From an uncultured Acidobacteriota bacterium (GTDB lineage: Bacteria > Acidobacteriota > UBA6911 > RPQK01 > JAPXNP01), in NCBI GenBank assembly GCA_963777605.1, contig CAVZRV010000035.1:224001-288000 (forward strand): a stretch of DNA of 64,000 bases. The letters run 5' to 3'. How positions within the stretch are numbered: position 1 is the first letter of the stretch; each line of letters starts with the position of its first letter. The translations under genes and the position numbers were made by a program. Below are positions 19,741 through 30,034 of this stretch, piece after piece. A model generated the notes under the pieces. It was not told the DNA's origin. It saw only the letters and a program-made list of their open reading frames with translations, and made no database searches.

Positions 19741-21702
19741 TCATCCAAAAAAAGCAAAGAATTCCAGCACGTTCTGAAGCCAGTACGTCCACTTCAGGCT
19801 CCACTTGGCTGCGGCTCGCTGCGTCGGAGCACTACGCACCCAACTGTTGTTGGTGCGGTTGACGTCAAGAGCAAGAATCCCGTCGGGATCAACCACCACA
19901 GATGCGATCTTCTCGGGCCTCCGGTAGCGATAACGGACCCAGCGGTCGCGCCCGTCCCAGTACTGATCGACGCTCTCGCCACCTTCGAAGGTCACCCGGA
20001 TGTGCATCGGGAAGATGGCCTCGCCCCATCGCCGCACGACCACCCGCTGCTCGTCCAGGACGGTATCGACCGAGTCCACGGCGTAATCGAAGATGTCCGA
20101 ACTGTGATACGTCTGGTCCCAGAACCAGTCCAGGTTCCGGCCAGTCACTTCGTTGGCCACCTGAAAGAAGTCCTCGGGTTTCGGGTGCTTCCGCCGGTAC
20201 CGCTCAAAATAGGTTGACAGGACTTTTTGAAAGGTCTCCCAGCCGAGATACTTCTCGAGCGTTTCGAGCATCAGCGCCGGCTTGGTGTAAGCGTTCAAGC
20301 CATATGAACCCTGGCGCGGAACCGGCCCACTGCGGTCTCCGGATTCCAGGCTCGCCGAGGGACCGTAGGCCCAGGCCGGACGATCCATGATGTCCAGCTT
20401 CAACGGAGAGTAATACCCGGCCAGCCCGGATACCGAACGGGAACCCTGGGGAAGATCCCGGAACAGTACCGGGATGAATCCGTCGAGGTAGCGGTGAATC
20501 GTAAACGTGTCCGGGAACGCGGTCTGCATCACTCGACCCGTCGAGTAGGTGTTAAAGCCCTCGTCCAACCAGGCATCCTCAAACTCGTTGTTGCCAATGA
20601 TGGCGTACCAGAACTGATGGCCGCACTCGTGCACGGTCACGCCCTCGGGTGAGCCCGAGTTGTCGGGATTCAGCCAGCGCGTTCCGCCGGTGAAAAGAGT
20701 CGGGTACTCCATCCCACCGCTGCGCGACTGCCAGGCCGGGTCGATTACAGTGACCTGGGGATAGTCATAGGCGCCGAACCACTCCCCGTAATAACGAAGC
20801 GCTGCTTCGGTGGCCGCGAAATAGCGATCCTCCTGCCCGAGGTGGTCGGGCATCATGAGAAGACGGATATTCACTTCGGGCAAGCCGGGGAACTCGAACT
20901 TCTTCTCGAACTCGCGAAAATGGGGACTGGTCGTCCAGGCAAACTCGTGGACCCGGTCCTGGTGGTAGACGTGGGTGGCCGATCCGTTGCCGTCCTCAGT
21001 TAGCTGAACGCGGGTTCCGGTTGCACCGACTACCCATCCAGAGGGAACGGTCAGCGAAACTTCGTAGTCACCATAATCGGAGAAGAACTCGGTCTGAATG
21101 AACTGGTGACAATTCCAGGTCCCGTTCTGCTCCAGGACCCCAAGCTTGGGAAACCAGTGGGCCAGGAAGAAGTAATCGTCCCGAAAGCCGACCCGGGAAA
21201 AGGGACGAGGAACCTTGGTTACGAAGTCCATCGTGATTCGGACAGTGTCTCCCGGGGCGACCGGACGGGGGAGAGGAATCCGCATCACGGTACGATCGTT
21301 CGGATTGGCGTCATCGGGCTGGATGTACTCGATGGCGTCCGTGAGGTTAGCCTCGGAGGTCACCTTTCCGTCGGTGTCCAGCCAGCGTACGCCGATCTGA
21401 CCCAGTTCGTTTCCGCCCCAGTCCCCTTCTCTCCAGTCGGAGAAGCCCCCATCGCGAGGCCGGGCCGAGTTGAGGTAAGAACTTTCCTTGTTCCGCCAGG
21501 CATTGAAGTAGAGGTGAAAACGGAGATCGGAGACCCCGGAGTCACTGTTATTCGCCCAAGTGATCTCAGAAGTCCCGGTAATCGTTCTCTTCCCCACGTC
21601 CAGGGCCGCTTCAATCCGGTAATCAACGGCAAGCCCGCTGCCGACGATCGCCATCAGCACCAGGGCGACGCTAAGTAGTCTGAGTTGGGATGTGTTGTTC
21701 AT
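19741..21702 (-). CDS. M1-family zinc aminopeptidase, exported
   Basis: Signal peptide, GGMEYP and HECGH...WLDEG (HExxH-x18-E). Confidence 0.92.
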   Translation of the reverse strand: MNNTSQLRLLSVALVLMAIVGSGLAVDYRIEAALDVGKRTITGTSEITWANNSDSGVSDLRFHLYFNAWRNKESSYLNSARPRDGGFSDWREGDWGGNELGQIGVRWLDTDGKVTSEANLTDAIEYIQPDDANPNDRTVMRIPLPRPVAPGDTVRITMDFVTKVPRPFSRVGFRDDYFFLAHWFPKLGVLEQNGTWNCHQFIQTEFFSDYGDYEVSLTVPSGWVVGATGTRVQLTEDGNGSATHVYHQDRVHEFAWTTSPHFREFEKKFEFPGLPEVNIRLLMMPDHLGQEDRYFAATEAALRYYGEWFGAYDYPQVTVIDPAWQSRSGGMEYPTLFTGGTRWLNPDNSGSPEGVTVHECGHQFWYAIIGNNEFEDAWLDEGFNTYSTGRVMQTAFPDTFTIHRYLDGFIPVLFRDLPQGSRSVSGLAGYYSPLKLDIMDRPAWAYGPSASLESGDRSGPVPRQGSYGLNAYTKPALMLETLEKYLGWETFQKVLSTYFERYRRKHPKPEDFFQVANEVTGRNLDWFWDQTYHSSDIFDYAVDSVDTVLDEQRVVVRRWGEAIFPMHIRVTFEGGESVDQYWDGRDRWVRYRYRRPEKIASVVVDPDGILALDVNRTNNSWVRSAPTQRAAAKWSLKWTYWLQNVLEFFAFFG

Positions 21703-21891
21703 GGGTTAGGGTTCGTTAGAGTGGGATTCTGGTTTCGGAATGGAAAACGGGAGTGGGAAAGCGTTTCGGGTTTTGAGATCGGAGAAAGCGGGAGTTCCGG
21801 TCCGGCTTCGCTTTCGGGTAACCACGGATACGGCCACGAACAGCACCCGGAACCAGGAACCAGGAACCCGAAACGCGCGAAGCGCAGCCCA

Positions 21892-23085
21892 CTACTGTTC
21901 ATTCCCCCACAACTTGGCACCGTTCCCCTTGTTCTTTCGCCATTCGTGCCGCCACCGATGGATGTCAACCACGCCGATGAAGGGCTTGGGAGATCGTTCC
22001 TCCTTGGACGCCAGGGGCGGGAAGGATTTGTGGGGTTCCGTTTGATACCAGTAGGCCACCGACGCCAGGTCCAGGGTCAGGTTGTTGTTGTGGCCATGCT
22101 CGATCGTGAACCGGAGCGACTTGTCGAAATAGATCGGGTCGGCGATGTGGAACCGGTAGACGTGGGTCCTTCCGAGCCAGCCGATGTCGTTGTTTACCCT
22201 CCCGTAACCGTAGAACGGGTGGCTGAACAGGCTGTTGGGAGACCAGGAAGTGTTGAAGTAATCCTCCGTTCCGGTACCGTGCAGAGAGGGAGGCCAACCT
22301 TCACCGTCGATGAACACCATGTCGTCCCCCTCTCCGTACCACATCGGGCTCGGAGACTGGACATAGTAGTTGACGCCAACGAAATGGCCCTTGCCCACGG
22401 CATCAACAAACAGGTAGTTGTCCGCTCCCGTGGTGTTCTTGCCCTGGGGGCCGAGAAGGCTCCACTCGTTTTCACCTTCCGGCAATGCCTCGGTCAACTC
22501 ATGGTTGTACCAGGCGTGGAAGCGTCCGTACTCAGCAGGAAGGGAGTCCAGTTCGAGGTAGTCAACGTAGTAATAGAAGGCATCGATCTTCCGGCCGGAC
22601 TGATTCTCCACCTCGATTCGGGCTCCGTCGGCGAAGGGCATGGCAAAGTAGGTCACGAGGGCACGCCCTTCCCTGGGGCCCGCCGCAATCGGCAGGGATG
22701 AGAAATCGTAGGACTCGTCCCAACCCTGGCCGAAGAGGGGCCCGATGGGACTCTCGACACAGGGATCGTTCGACCCGTCCCAGTACATCCGGATAATGAT
22801 GTCGTTGCGGCTCAGCGCCGGGGGCGGCGGAGCAATGGTGATCCAGATGTGGTTGATTATGCCCGCTCCCTTGACCTCGAATAGGGTTCGCCGCTCGCCG
22901 TCCGGGATGTTTTCAAATCGGTCGTTGTTGCCTCCCGTCCGGTCGTAACTGCTGATTCGCTTGCTGCGAGCGCCTCCATCCACCTTGGCCAGTTCCAGGA
23001 GGTCGGTTGCAACCCCCTGGGCCCACCCGGTAGCTAACAGACACAAAAAAACGATTGCTCCAGGAATGCACGTCCTTCTCATCAC
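21892..23085 (-). CDS. DUF2961 / glycoside hydrolase family 172 protein
   Basis: Signal peptide; SSYDRTGGNND, WYGEGDDM, GTGTEDYFN and YRFHIADPI. Confidence 0.88.
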   Translation of the reverse strand: MMRRTCIPGAIVFLCLLATGWAQGVATDLLELAKVDGGARSKRISSYDRTGGNNDRFENIPDGERRTLFEVKGAGIINHIWITIAPPPPALSRNDIIIRMYWDGSNDPCVESPIGPLFGQGWDESYDFSSLPIAAGPREGRALVTYFAMPFADGARIEVENQSGRKIDAFYYYVDYLELDSLPAEYGRFHAWYNHELTEALPEGENEWSLLGPQGKNTTGADNYLFVDAVGKGHFVGVNYYVQSPSPMWYGEGDDMVFIDGEGWPPSLHGTGTEDYFNTSWSPNSLFSHPFYGYGRVNNDIGWLGRTHVYRFHIADPIYFDKSLRFTIEHGHNNNLTLDLASVAYWYQTEPHKSFPPLASKEERSPKPFIGVVDIHRWRHEWRKNKGNGAKLWGNEQ

Positions 23086-23202
23086 GACCCTCCCCTAACG
23101 AGTCTTTCTTGCGCTGGATGCCATTTCAAGAGGCTACGGGTTCCGAGTTTCGGTTCGGGGACAATATCTGTCAAGTCCCTAGCGTGCTAGACTTCGGCCG
23201 AC

Positions 23203-23916
23203 GTGGTTACCTCGAACGACGATACATCGAATGAACTAACTACAGGGATCCGGGCGGTCTTCTTCGATCTGGATGGCACCTTGCTGGACTCGGAAGTCGT
23301 CTACGTCGAGGCGATCCAGATTGCGCTGGCCCGGATGGGAGAGTACCTGTCGCACCAAAAATCCCTCGACATTGTCTATGGACGGGGGTGGAAGGACATC
23401 TACGCCGACATCCGAGCGCAGTTTCCGGGTGCCTACCCGGACATCGTCGAGATGGAAGAGGTAGTCCGCGAGATCTTCCTGGAACTGCAGGAGAGTCGCG
23501 ACATCCGAATCAGCGGATCGGTTGAGTTGCTTCGAAGGCTTGCTGTCGATTTTCCGGTTGCCATCGTATCGGGCTCTCCCCGGAACGATGTTGCCCGGGG
23601 AATCGAATCGCTTGAGGTCGGCGCTGACCTGCAATTCTTTCTGGGCGCCGAAGACTACTACCCGGGGAAGCCCCATCCCACCTGCTACATGACTGCGGCT
23701 GCCCGACTCGGAGTGCTCCCCGCTACCTGCCTTGTGTTCGAGGACTCCGCCGCCGGTGTCGTGTCGGCCAAGGCGGCTGGAATGTACTGCGTCGCGCTCC
23801 AGCGTGAAGGCAAGCCCCTCCAGGACGTCGCCCTCGCCGACCTGGTTCTCAGCGATCTCGGCTCCTTCAAACTCGATGAGTTCCGGGCCCTCGTCTCCTC
23901 CCGCCAGGGAGGGTAG
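23203..23916 (+). CDS. HAD-family phosphatase (beta-PGM/CbbY-like)
   Basis: FDLDGTLLDS, VSGS, GKPHP and FEDSAAGVVSAKAAGM. Confidence 0.9.
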   Translation: MVTSNDDTSNELTTGIRAVFFDLDGTLLDSEVVYVEAIQIALARMGEYLSHQKSLDIVYGRGWKDIYADIRAQFPGAYPDIVEMEEVVREIFLELQESRDIRISGSVELLRRLAVDFPVAIVSGSPRNDVARGIESLEVGADLQFFLGAEDYYPGKPHPTCYMTAAARLGVLPATCLVFEDSAAGVVSAKAAGMYCVALQREGKPLQDVALADLVLSDLGSFKLDEFRALVSSRQGG

Positions 23917-23995
23917 GGTTTCCGATTTCTGGGTTCTTGTGGAAACCTCGGAACCTTGGACTGTCAGCCCTCCGTGACACAGTTCAAGTCTCACC

Positions 23996-24256
23996 ATGTC
24001 TTGGCTTTGGATCGTAGTGGCGAGCTGGGGGGCACTACTACTCATCCTGGCACTCGCAATGTGTCGAGTTGCTTCACGGAGTGAGCGCTCCCGGGGTGTG
24101 CAATCCTGCCCTCCTCGGTCGCGGATCGAGCTGTTTCCACGCCGCACTGCAAGGTCGGACCATTCCTCGAGGGGATTCGCTGGCGCAAGGCTCGATCGCG
24201 AACCCAAAGAAGATCCCGGTTTATTTCTCGTCTCCGGCTCCTCCACGCGACAGTAA
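23996..24256 (+). CDS. Possible small membrane protein
   Basis: 86-aa ORF with a hydrophobic N-terminal helix (MSWLWIVVASWGALLLILALAM); no recognisable family. Confidence 0.3.
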   Translation: MSWLWIVVASWGALLLILALAMCRVASRSERSRGVQSCPPRSRIELFPRRTARSDHSSRGFAGARLDREPKEDPGLFLVSGSSTRQ

Positions 24257-24302
24257 CCCAGCAAGACGTGAATTTGCCACCGTTTCAGCGACTCCCCACC
24301 AA

Positions 24303-24629
24303 ACCAGCCCCGCCAGGGGCGGCATTCGAGCAGAGCAGAAACCGGAAATGCGGTGTCGCGAAACCCGGGCTCACACCACCAGGACCAGCCCCGGACAGGG
24401 GCGGCATTGGAGCCCAGAAACACGAAACCGAAATGCGTGTCGCGAAATCCGGCTCTCGCCACCGGACCAGCCCCGTCCAGGGGCGGCATCGAAGTAGCCC
24501 AGGATGAAGCGAAGCGGAATCCTGGGTCCTCGGCAAACCACCGCACCGAGTCCCGCCACGCGGGACGGCATGGCCCGATGGCACCTGGGGTCCCCGGAAT
24601 CAATTCCGATGTCGATCCGGCGCCGTCTC
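24303..24629. repeat. Hairpin-repeat array plus left arm of the REP composite element, abutting the transposase stop
   Basis: ACCAGCCCC..GGGGCGGC units at 24303, 24384 and 24466; GTAG-CCCAGGAT..ATCCTGGGT at 24494-24527. Confidence 0.85.
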
Positions 24630-25079
24630 TTAATCGGGGAACCAATCATTCGGGAATCGCATATCGTGGACATCGAACAGGGCTCGAATTTCGGCTTCGA
24701 AGGTGCGCCTCAAATGGTGTTCCTTCTGACCGTCGATATACCTCCGGACCCGGTCCCGCTGAGAGCGACTGACCGTGAATCCTCCATACCCTTCTTGCCA
24801 GGCAAACGGCCTCAAACCCTTTTCCTGAGCCAACCATCGCGACGTATTGCTTTTGATCACTTGCACTCCCTTCGACACGGATAGCGAGGCGTGCAGGGAC
24901 GCCAGGATATGGAGATGGTCCGCCGTTCCGTTTGCCGCAATCAGCTTGCTATTGTGGTTTTCCAGTATCCCCCGCGTAAAACGGCGGACCTCGGGAATCC
25001 ACCCTACAGGGACCAACGGAAGACGTCCTTCGGTTGCAAAAACAAAGTGGTAAAGGAGACAAGTATAGGAATGAGACAT
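24630..25079 (-). mobile_element. tnpA: IS200/IS605-family TnpA (Y1 HUH transposase), REP-associated (RAYT-like), no tnpB
   Basis: LYHFVFAT, DHLHIL (HUH), KSNTSRW, FAWQEGYGGFTVS and YIDGQKEHH (catalytic Tyr). Confidence 0.92.
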
Positions 25080-25136
25080 TGTGTACCTCCACCAAATAGA
25101 ACGTACACACCTGGCAAAGCGACGACATCACGGCAC

Positions 25137-26272
25137 ACCAGTCCCAAACAGGGACGGTTCGGAGGTAGCCGGGAATGCAGTGTCCCCCGGGCCACACCAC
25201 CAGGACCAGCCCCGGCCAGGGGCGCCATTGGAGCCCAGAAACACGAAACCGAAATACGTGTTGCAAAATCCGGCCACCACCAGCACCAGCCCCAAACAGC
25301 GGCGGTATGGAGGTAGCCCGGGAATGCGGTGTCCCCCGGGCCACACCACCGGACCAGCCCCGGCCAGGGGCGCCATTGGAGCCCAGAAACACGAAACCGA
25401 AATACGAGCTGCAAAATCCGGCGACCACCAGGACCAGCCCCGTCCAGGGGCGGCATTGAAGTAGCCCAGGATGAAGCGAAGCGGAATCCTGGGTCCTCGG
25501 CAAACCACCCTACCGAGTCCCGCCACGCGGGACGGCATGGCCCGATGGCACCTGGGGTCCCCGGAATCAATTCGGATGTCGATCTGGCGCCGTCTCCGGA
25601 CGGTTCGGGTTGTCATCACCCGGACGACCGATTCACGGGATGCCGTCCCGCAAGCGGGACTCCGACCGGGGCTGGCGGTGTACCCAGGACTCCGCTTCGC
25701 TGCGTCCTGGGCTACTGCGATTCCGTCCCGCTTAACGCGGGACTCCGGTGCCGACCGAGTCGAATCCGCCTCACCTGGGTCCTCCGGCACCACTCCGAAC
25801 CGAGTCCCGCCCGCGCCGAATCGGAAGCGGAAATCGAGAAATACGAATCCGAACCTCGAAACCGAAATACGTGTTGCGAAATCTGGCCACCACGGACCAG
25901 CCCCGTAGGGACGGTTGGAGGTAGCCGAAATGCGGTGTCCCCGGCTCTCACCACCGGACCAGCCCCGTCCAGGGGCGGCATCGAAGTAGCCCAGGATGAA
26001 GCGAAGCGGAATCCTGGGTCCTCGGCAAACCACCCCACCGAGTCCCGCCACGCGGGACGGCATGACCCGATGGCACCTGGGGTCCCCGGAATCAATTCGG
26101 ATGTCGATCCGGCGCCGTCTCCGGACGGTTCGGGTTGTCATCACCCGGACGACCGATTCACGGGATGCCGTCCCGCAAGCGGGACTCCGACCGGGGCTGG
26201 CGGTGTACCCAGGACTCCGCTTCGCTGCGTCCTGGGCTACTGCGATTCCGTCCCGCTTGACGCGGGACTCCG
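25137..26272. repeat. Hairpin-repeat array and two ~320-bp palindromic REP composite (REPIN-like) elements
   Basis: 25433-25745 and 25958-26270 are near-identical. Each has a GTAG-REP (25461, 25986) and an inverted REP-CTAC (ending 25715, 26240). Confidence 0.88.
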
Positions 26273-26558
26273 GTCTTCAGTCTCCGAAATTGGGTAGCTC
26301 TGTTCACAAAAGCGGTCCCGCTCTTCATACCCGGCAAATGCTCAATGAGCTGTCTTCCCCGTATTCACTGGGTCTGAGGTTCAAATTCCCTTTGGTATAC
26401 TTGTTGCTGTTTCTGTAAGCCCGTCGGAGAATGATTCATCTGGGAATTGTTCCCGGAAGCAGGTAATCACGTTTGGTTCGACTCGATTGTGCAGACCTCA
26501 CGGACCCGGAAATCGTGAGGCGCAGATGCTTGTTAGAAACCGGGCTGGAGGTTCGATA

Positions 26559-27131
26559 ATGTCGAGGACTATTCTTCTTCTTTGCCTTTCCTGTCTCCTC
26601 CTGATCTCAGCCGCTCCTGCCCTCGCCCAGGAACCGGCGGATGAAGTTCCCCTCTATGTCATTGAGCCCAACGATATTCTCGAGATTTTTGTGTGGAAGG
26701 AACCCGATCTCTCCCGTAAAGTTCTGGTTCGCCCCGACGGCCGGATCTCGTTTCCGCTGGTGCAGGACCTGCAAGCGGCAGGCTTGACGCCGGCCGAACT
26801 CAAAGGGAAGGTGGAGGAACTTCTCAAGGAGTACCTCGCCGCTCCCAACGTGACGGTCATTGTCGATGCGATTCAGCATTACCGCATCTATGTCACAGGA
26901 AAAGTGAATGGCCCCTCCAGTTTTATGGTGGAAAAGCCGATAACAGTCCTGCAGGCGCTGAGCCTGGCCGGCGGTTTTGCGGAATTTGCCGACGAAGGAG
27001 GCATCAAGATCGTTCGTTCGTACGGCGACAAATATGTTTATTTGGACTTTAACTACAAGGATGTGATCAAGGGCAAGAACACCGAGCAGAACATTGTTCT
27101 GCGCTCAGGCGACGTCGTGGTGGTTCCCTGA
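26559..27131 (+). CDS. Polysaccharide export protein (short OPX/Wza-like: Poly_export + SLBB)
   Basis: Signal peptide; YVIEPNDILEIFVW, VRPDGRISFPL, AAGLTP and LRSGDVVVVP. Confidence 0.9.
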   Translation: MSRTILLLCLSCLLLISAAPALAQEPADEVPLYVIEPNDILEIFVWKEPDLSRKVLVRPDGRISFPLVQDLQAAGLTPAELKGKVEELLKEYLAAPNVTVIVDAIQHYRIYVTGKVNGPSSFMVEKPITVLQALSLAGGFAEFADEGGIKIVRSYGDKYVYLDFNYKDVIKGKNTEQNIVLRSGDVVVVP

Positions 27132-27151
27132 TAGAAGAGAGGCATGCCCGA

Positions 27152-28391
27152 ATGAAGATCAATTTCAGAGCATCACTGGTAGTAGTCCTAATGCTTTGGG
27201 CACCCGTCTGGGCCGAGCGGGAGAATTCCGTCAGTGCTTCCCTCGACGCAGTCACCGCAGCAGACAACAATCCCCAGGTTTCGGGCCTGAGCTTCAACCA
27301 GCTGAACCAGGGCTACCTGTTTACCTGGGGTCTCTATCCGAACATCTCCCTCAACTCCAGGGGAGCCCGTTCCGAGTTCGACCTGTCTTACGGCTTCGGG
27401 CTGTACCGGGTGGAAAACACCAGCCTCAACCTGGACTCCGAGTCCCACTCGGCGGCCCTGGGTTGGAAGTTGAACACGGAAAGACTCACGGCAACATTCC
27501 GAGAAAGCTTTAAGAAGTCCCCCGATTTCGCCTCTTTCAACCTGTTCCAGGGAATCGTGTTCACCCCGGAAGGGATCTTCTTCGACTACAACCTGGTCTC
27601 CCTCAAGCGCGACAGCTACTGGAACACGGCAAACCTCAACCTGGACTACCGGTTCGGGGCACGTTCCCACCTGGTCCTGGGGGGCGGGCACACGCTGCGT
27701 CGATTCGTGGACAACCCGCTGTTCCAGCGGCGCATTCCCAACCAGCAGCAGGCGACGGCAAATGCCGGGTACGCACGTGACCTGAGCGCCCAGACTTCGT
27801 TGACCACCGATTATCGGTTTTCCTATTTCAACTACGATTCGGACGTCTACCGTGACGGGACCAATCAGGACGTCGCCCTGGGTTTCACCCACAGGTTCTC
27901 GCCGACCGTGCGGATGGCGGTGTCAGGCGGTCCTTCTTATGCGCAACTGGTCGGCGGCGGCGGCTTCAACTACTGGGGCTACAACGCCTCGGCCAACGTC
28001 TCCAAGTCGTTTGAGCGCGAGTCAATCAATTTCTACTATCGCCGGGACAACAGCGCCAGCACCGGAATCGGCGGGATCTCCAAGACTCACCGCCTGGGGT
28101 TCGGGTTCAGCCAGCAGTTCAACCGGGTGATTTCGGCCAGCCTGGGACTGTCGGCCTACACCACCAAGCGGGTGTTCGACAACGTGATCGATCTGAGAGG
28201 CCTCACCGGATCGCTGGCCTTCAACTTCATGCTGCAGCGCCACATTTTTCTGAACGTGGGAGCCAATTACAACAGCCAGAAGGAGACAGAGCAACCTTCC
28301 CGAACTCGGACTGAACGGCCACTACAACCTCGACCGCAACCGCGTCTTCGTTTCGCTGCGGTTTGATTTACCCGATTTTGCGAGGTTTTGA
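27152..28391 (+). CDS. Outer-membrane beta-barrel of the EPS locus; probable frameshift near 28300
   Basis: Signal peptide and alternating aromatic beta-strands. An alternative frame supplies a barrel-like end NRVFVSLRFDLPDFARF* (TGA about 28391). Confidence 0.7.
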
Positions 28392-30030
28392 GTGAAGAAA
28401 TTAGTCATAAAAGAGCCCCTCGACGTTTTGGTGATGCTGAACCGGCGGCGCTGGTGGATTATGCTCACTTTCCTGCCGCTGGCCTTCATCGCTGCGCTGG
28501 TTGCCATCATGCTGCCCAGCCTCTACGTGTCGGAAACGCTGATCCTGGTGTCGCCCAAAGAGGTCCCGGACGCCGTCGTGACCGACTTCATCACGCTGGA
28601 CACGGCGGATCGTCTGATGGCGATCCAGGAAACGGCCCTCAGCCGCACCAATCTTCAGAAGATTCTCAACGACTACCCCGAGGAGTTCCGGGAAGTCCGG
28701 AAAATGAGCCCCGAGAAGCAGGCTGCCGTACTGCGCAAGCGGATCAACATCGAGTTCACCACCAGCCGCCAGAGCCGCGGGTCGGTGATTCCCTATTTCC
28801 GAATCTCCTACGAGGATCGAGACCCGAGGCTGGCCCAGAAGGTCACCGAAAAGCTGTCCACCTTCTTTATCGAACGGGACGCGAAGACGCGGGAGGACCA
28901 GGTCTTCGGGACCGCCGAATTCCTCAAGCGGGAATTGAAGAAAGTCTCCGACCAACTCTCGATCGAGGAACAGGCGCTGGCACAGCTCAAAGAGCGATAC
29001 CAGTATGAGCTCCCCGAACAACTCGAGACCAACCTGCGGACCCTGGACCGTCTCCAGGAGGAGTTCAAGGCCAACAACGAGTCGCGTGACCGATACCTGT
29101 CTCTGAAGCTCGACCTGGAGCGGCGGGTCTCCGAGACTTCCCCGGTCATCTCCCGCGAACAGAGACGGCAGCAGATGGCGGGGGGAGCCCGCACTGTCTC
29201 CCCTCTGGTTCAGCGCTACCGTCAAACCGAGATGGCACTTGCCGATGCCAAGGCACGCTACACTGAAAAACACCCTGACGTGCTCCGGCTCGAGGAAGAG
29301 TTGGAGAACCTGCGCGCTCAGATCCCCCCGGAAGACCTTCAGGACGTGGGCCCCGCACCTGGAGAGACTTCGTCCAGAGCCGAGGTGATCAACGATCCCA
29401 ACCCGGCATACCAGCAGCTCACGTCTCAACTGGCCCAGGTCAACACCGAACTGCGCATCCTGGAAGACCGGCGGGGGCAGATCGACTCGGAAATCCGACG
29501 CTACACGACGCGCATCGAGAATACGCCGAAACGGGAGCAGGAAATCGCCGGTCACCGGCGGCAGGTGGATGCGTTGCAGGCCAAGTACAACGACCTGGAA
29601 GGCAAGCTCTCCCAGGCCAACCTGGCCAGCAGCCTGGAGAGCAGCCAAAAGGGAGAGCAGTTCCAGGTCATCGACCCGGCGAGCTACCCGCTGGAACCCT
29701 CCAAGCCCAACCGCCTGCTGGTTCTCCTGATCGGCCTGGGAGCAGCCCTGGGAATCGGGATCGTGGTCGGCAGTGGGAGTCGACTTTCTCGACCAGCGGG
29801 TCTGGAGTGCCAACGAAGTCATCGAACTGCTCAATCTTCCGGTCGTCGGCGAGATTCCCGAGATCATGTCGGAGGGGGACGCGCGGCGGCTCCGCAGGCA
29901 CGCCATTCTCGGTTTTGCGGCCTACTCCGCTGTCTCCATCATGGCGGTTGCCGCAGTCTACGCCATCTATTCCACTCCGCCGGTCCGGGCGCTGGGCACC
30001 GAGACACTGGCACGACTGCTCGGTTGGTGA
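28392..30030 (+). CDS. Polysaccharide co-polymerase / chain-length determinant (Wzz/GumC); frameshift near 29770
   Basis: N-terminal TM, coiled coils, YTEKHPDV and QFQVIDPASYPLEPSKPNR plus TM. The C-terminus (DQRVWSANEVIELLNLPVVGEIP plus TM) is in the 29773..30030 frame. Confidence 0.85.
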
Positions 30031-30034
30031 TGTG

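Noticed and set aside
24303-26272. CRISPR array
   Set aside because: The intervening segments are repeated rather than unique, the repeats are degenerate, and no cas genes are present. It fits REP-type repeats better.
24949-26418. Long ORFs across the repeat region (e.g. 25128..26144, 25329..26297)
   Set aside because: Translations of GC-rich palindromic repeats with no protein motifs.
25080-26500. tnpB or IscB partner of tnpA
   Set aside because: No RuvC- or zinc-finger-containing ORF on either side of tnpA.
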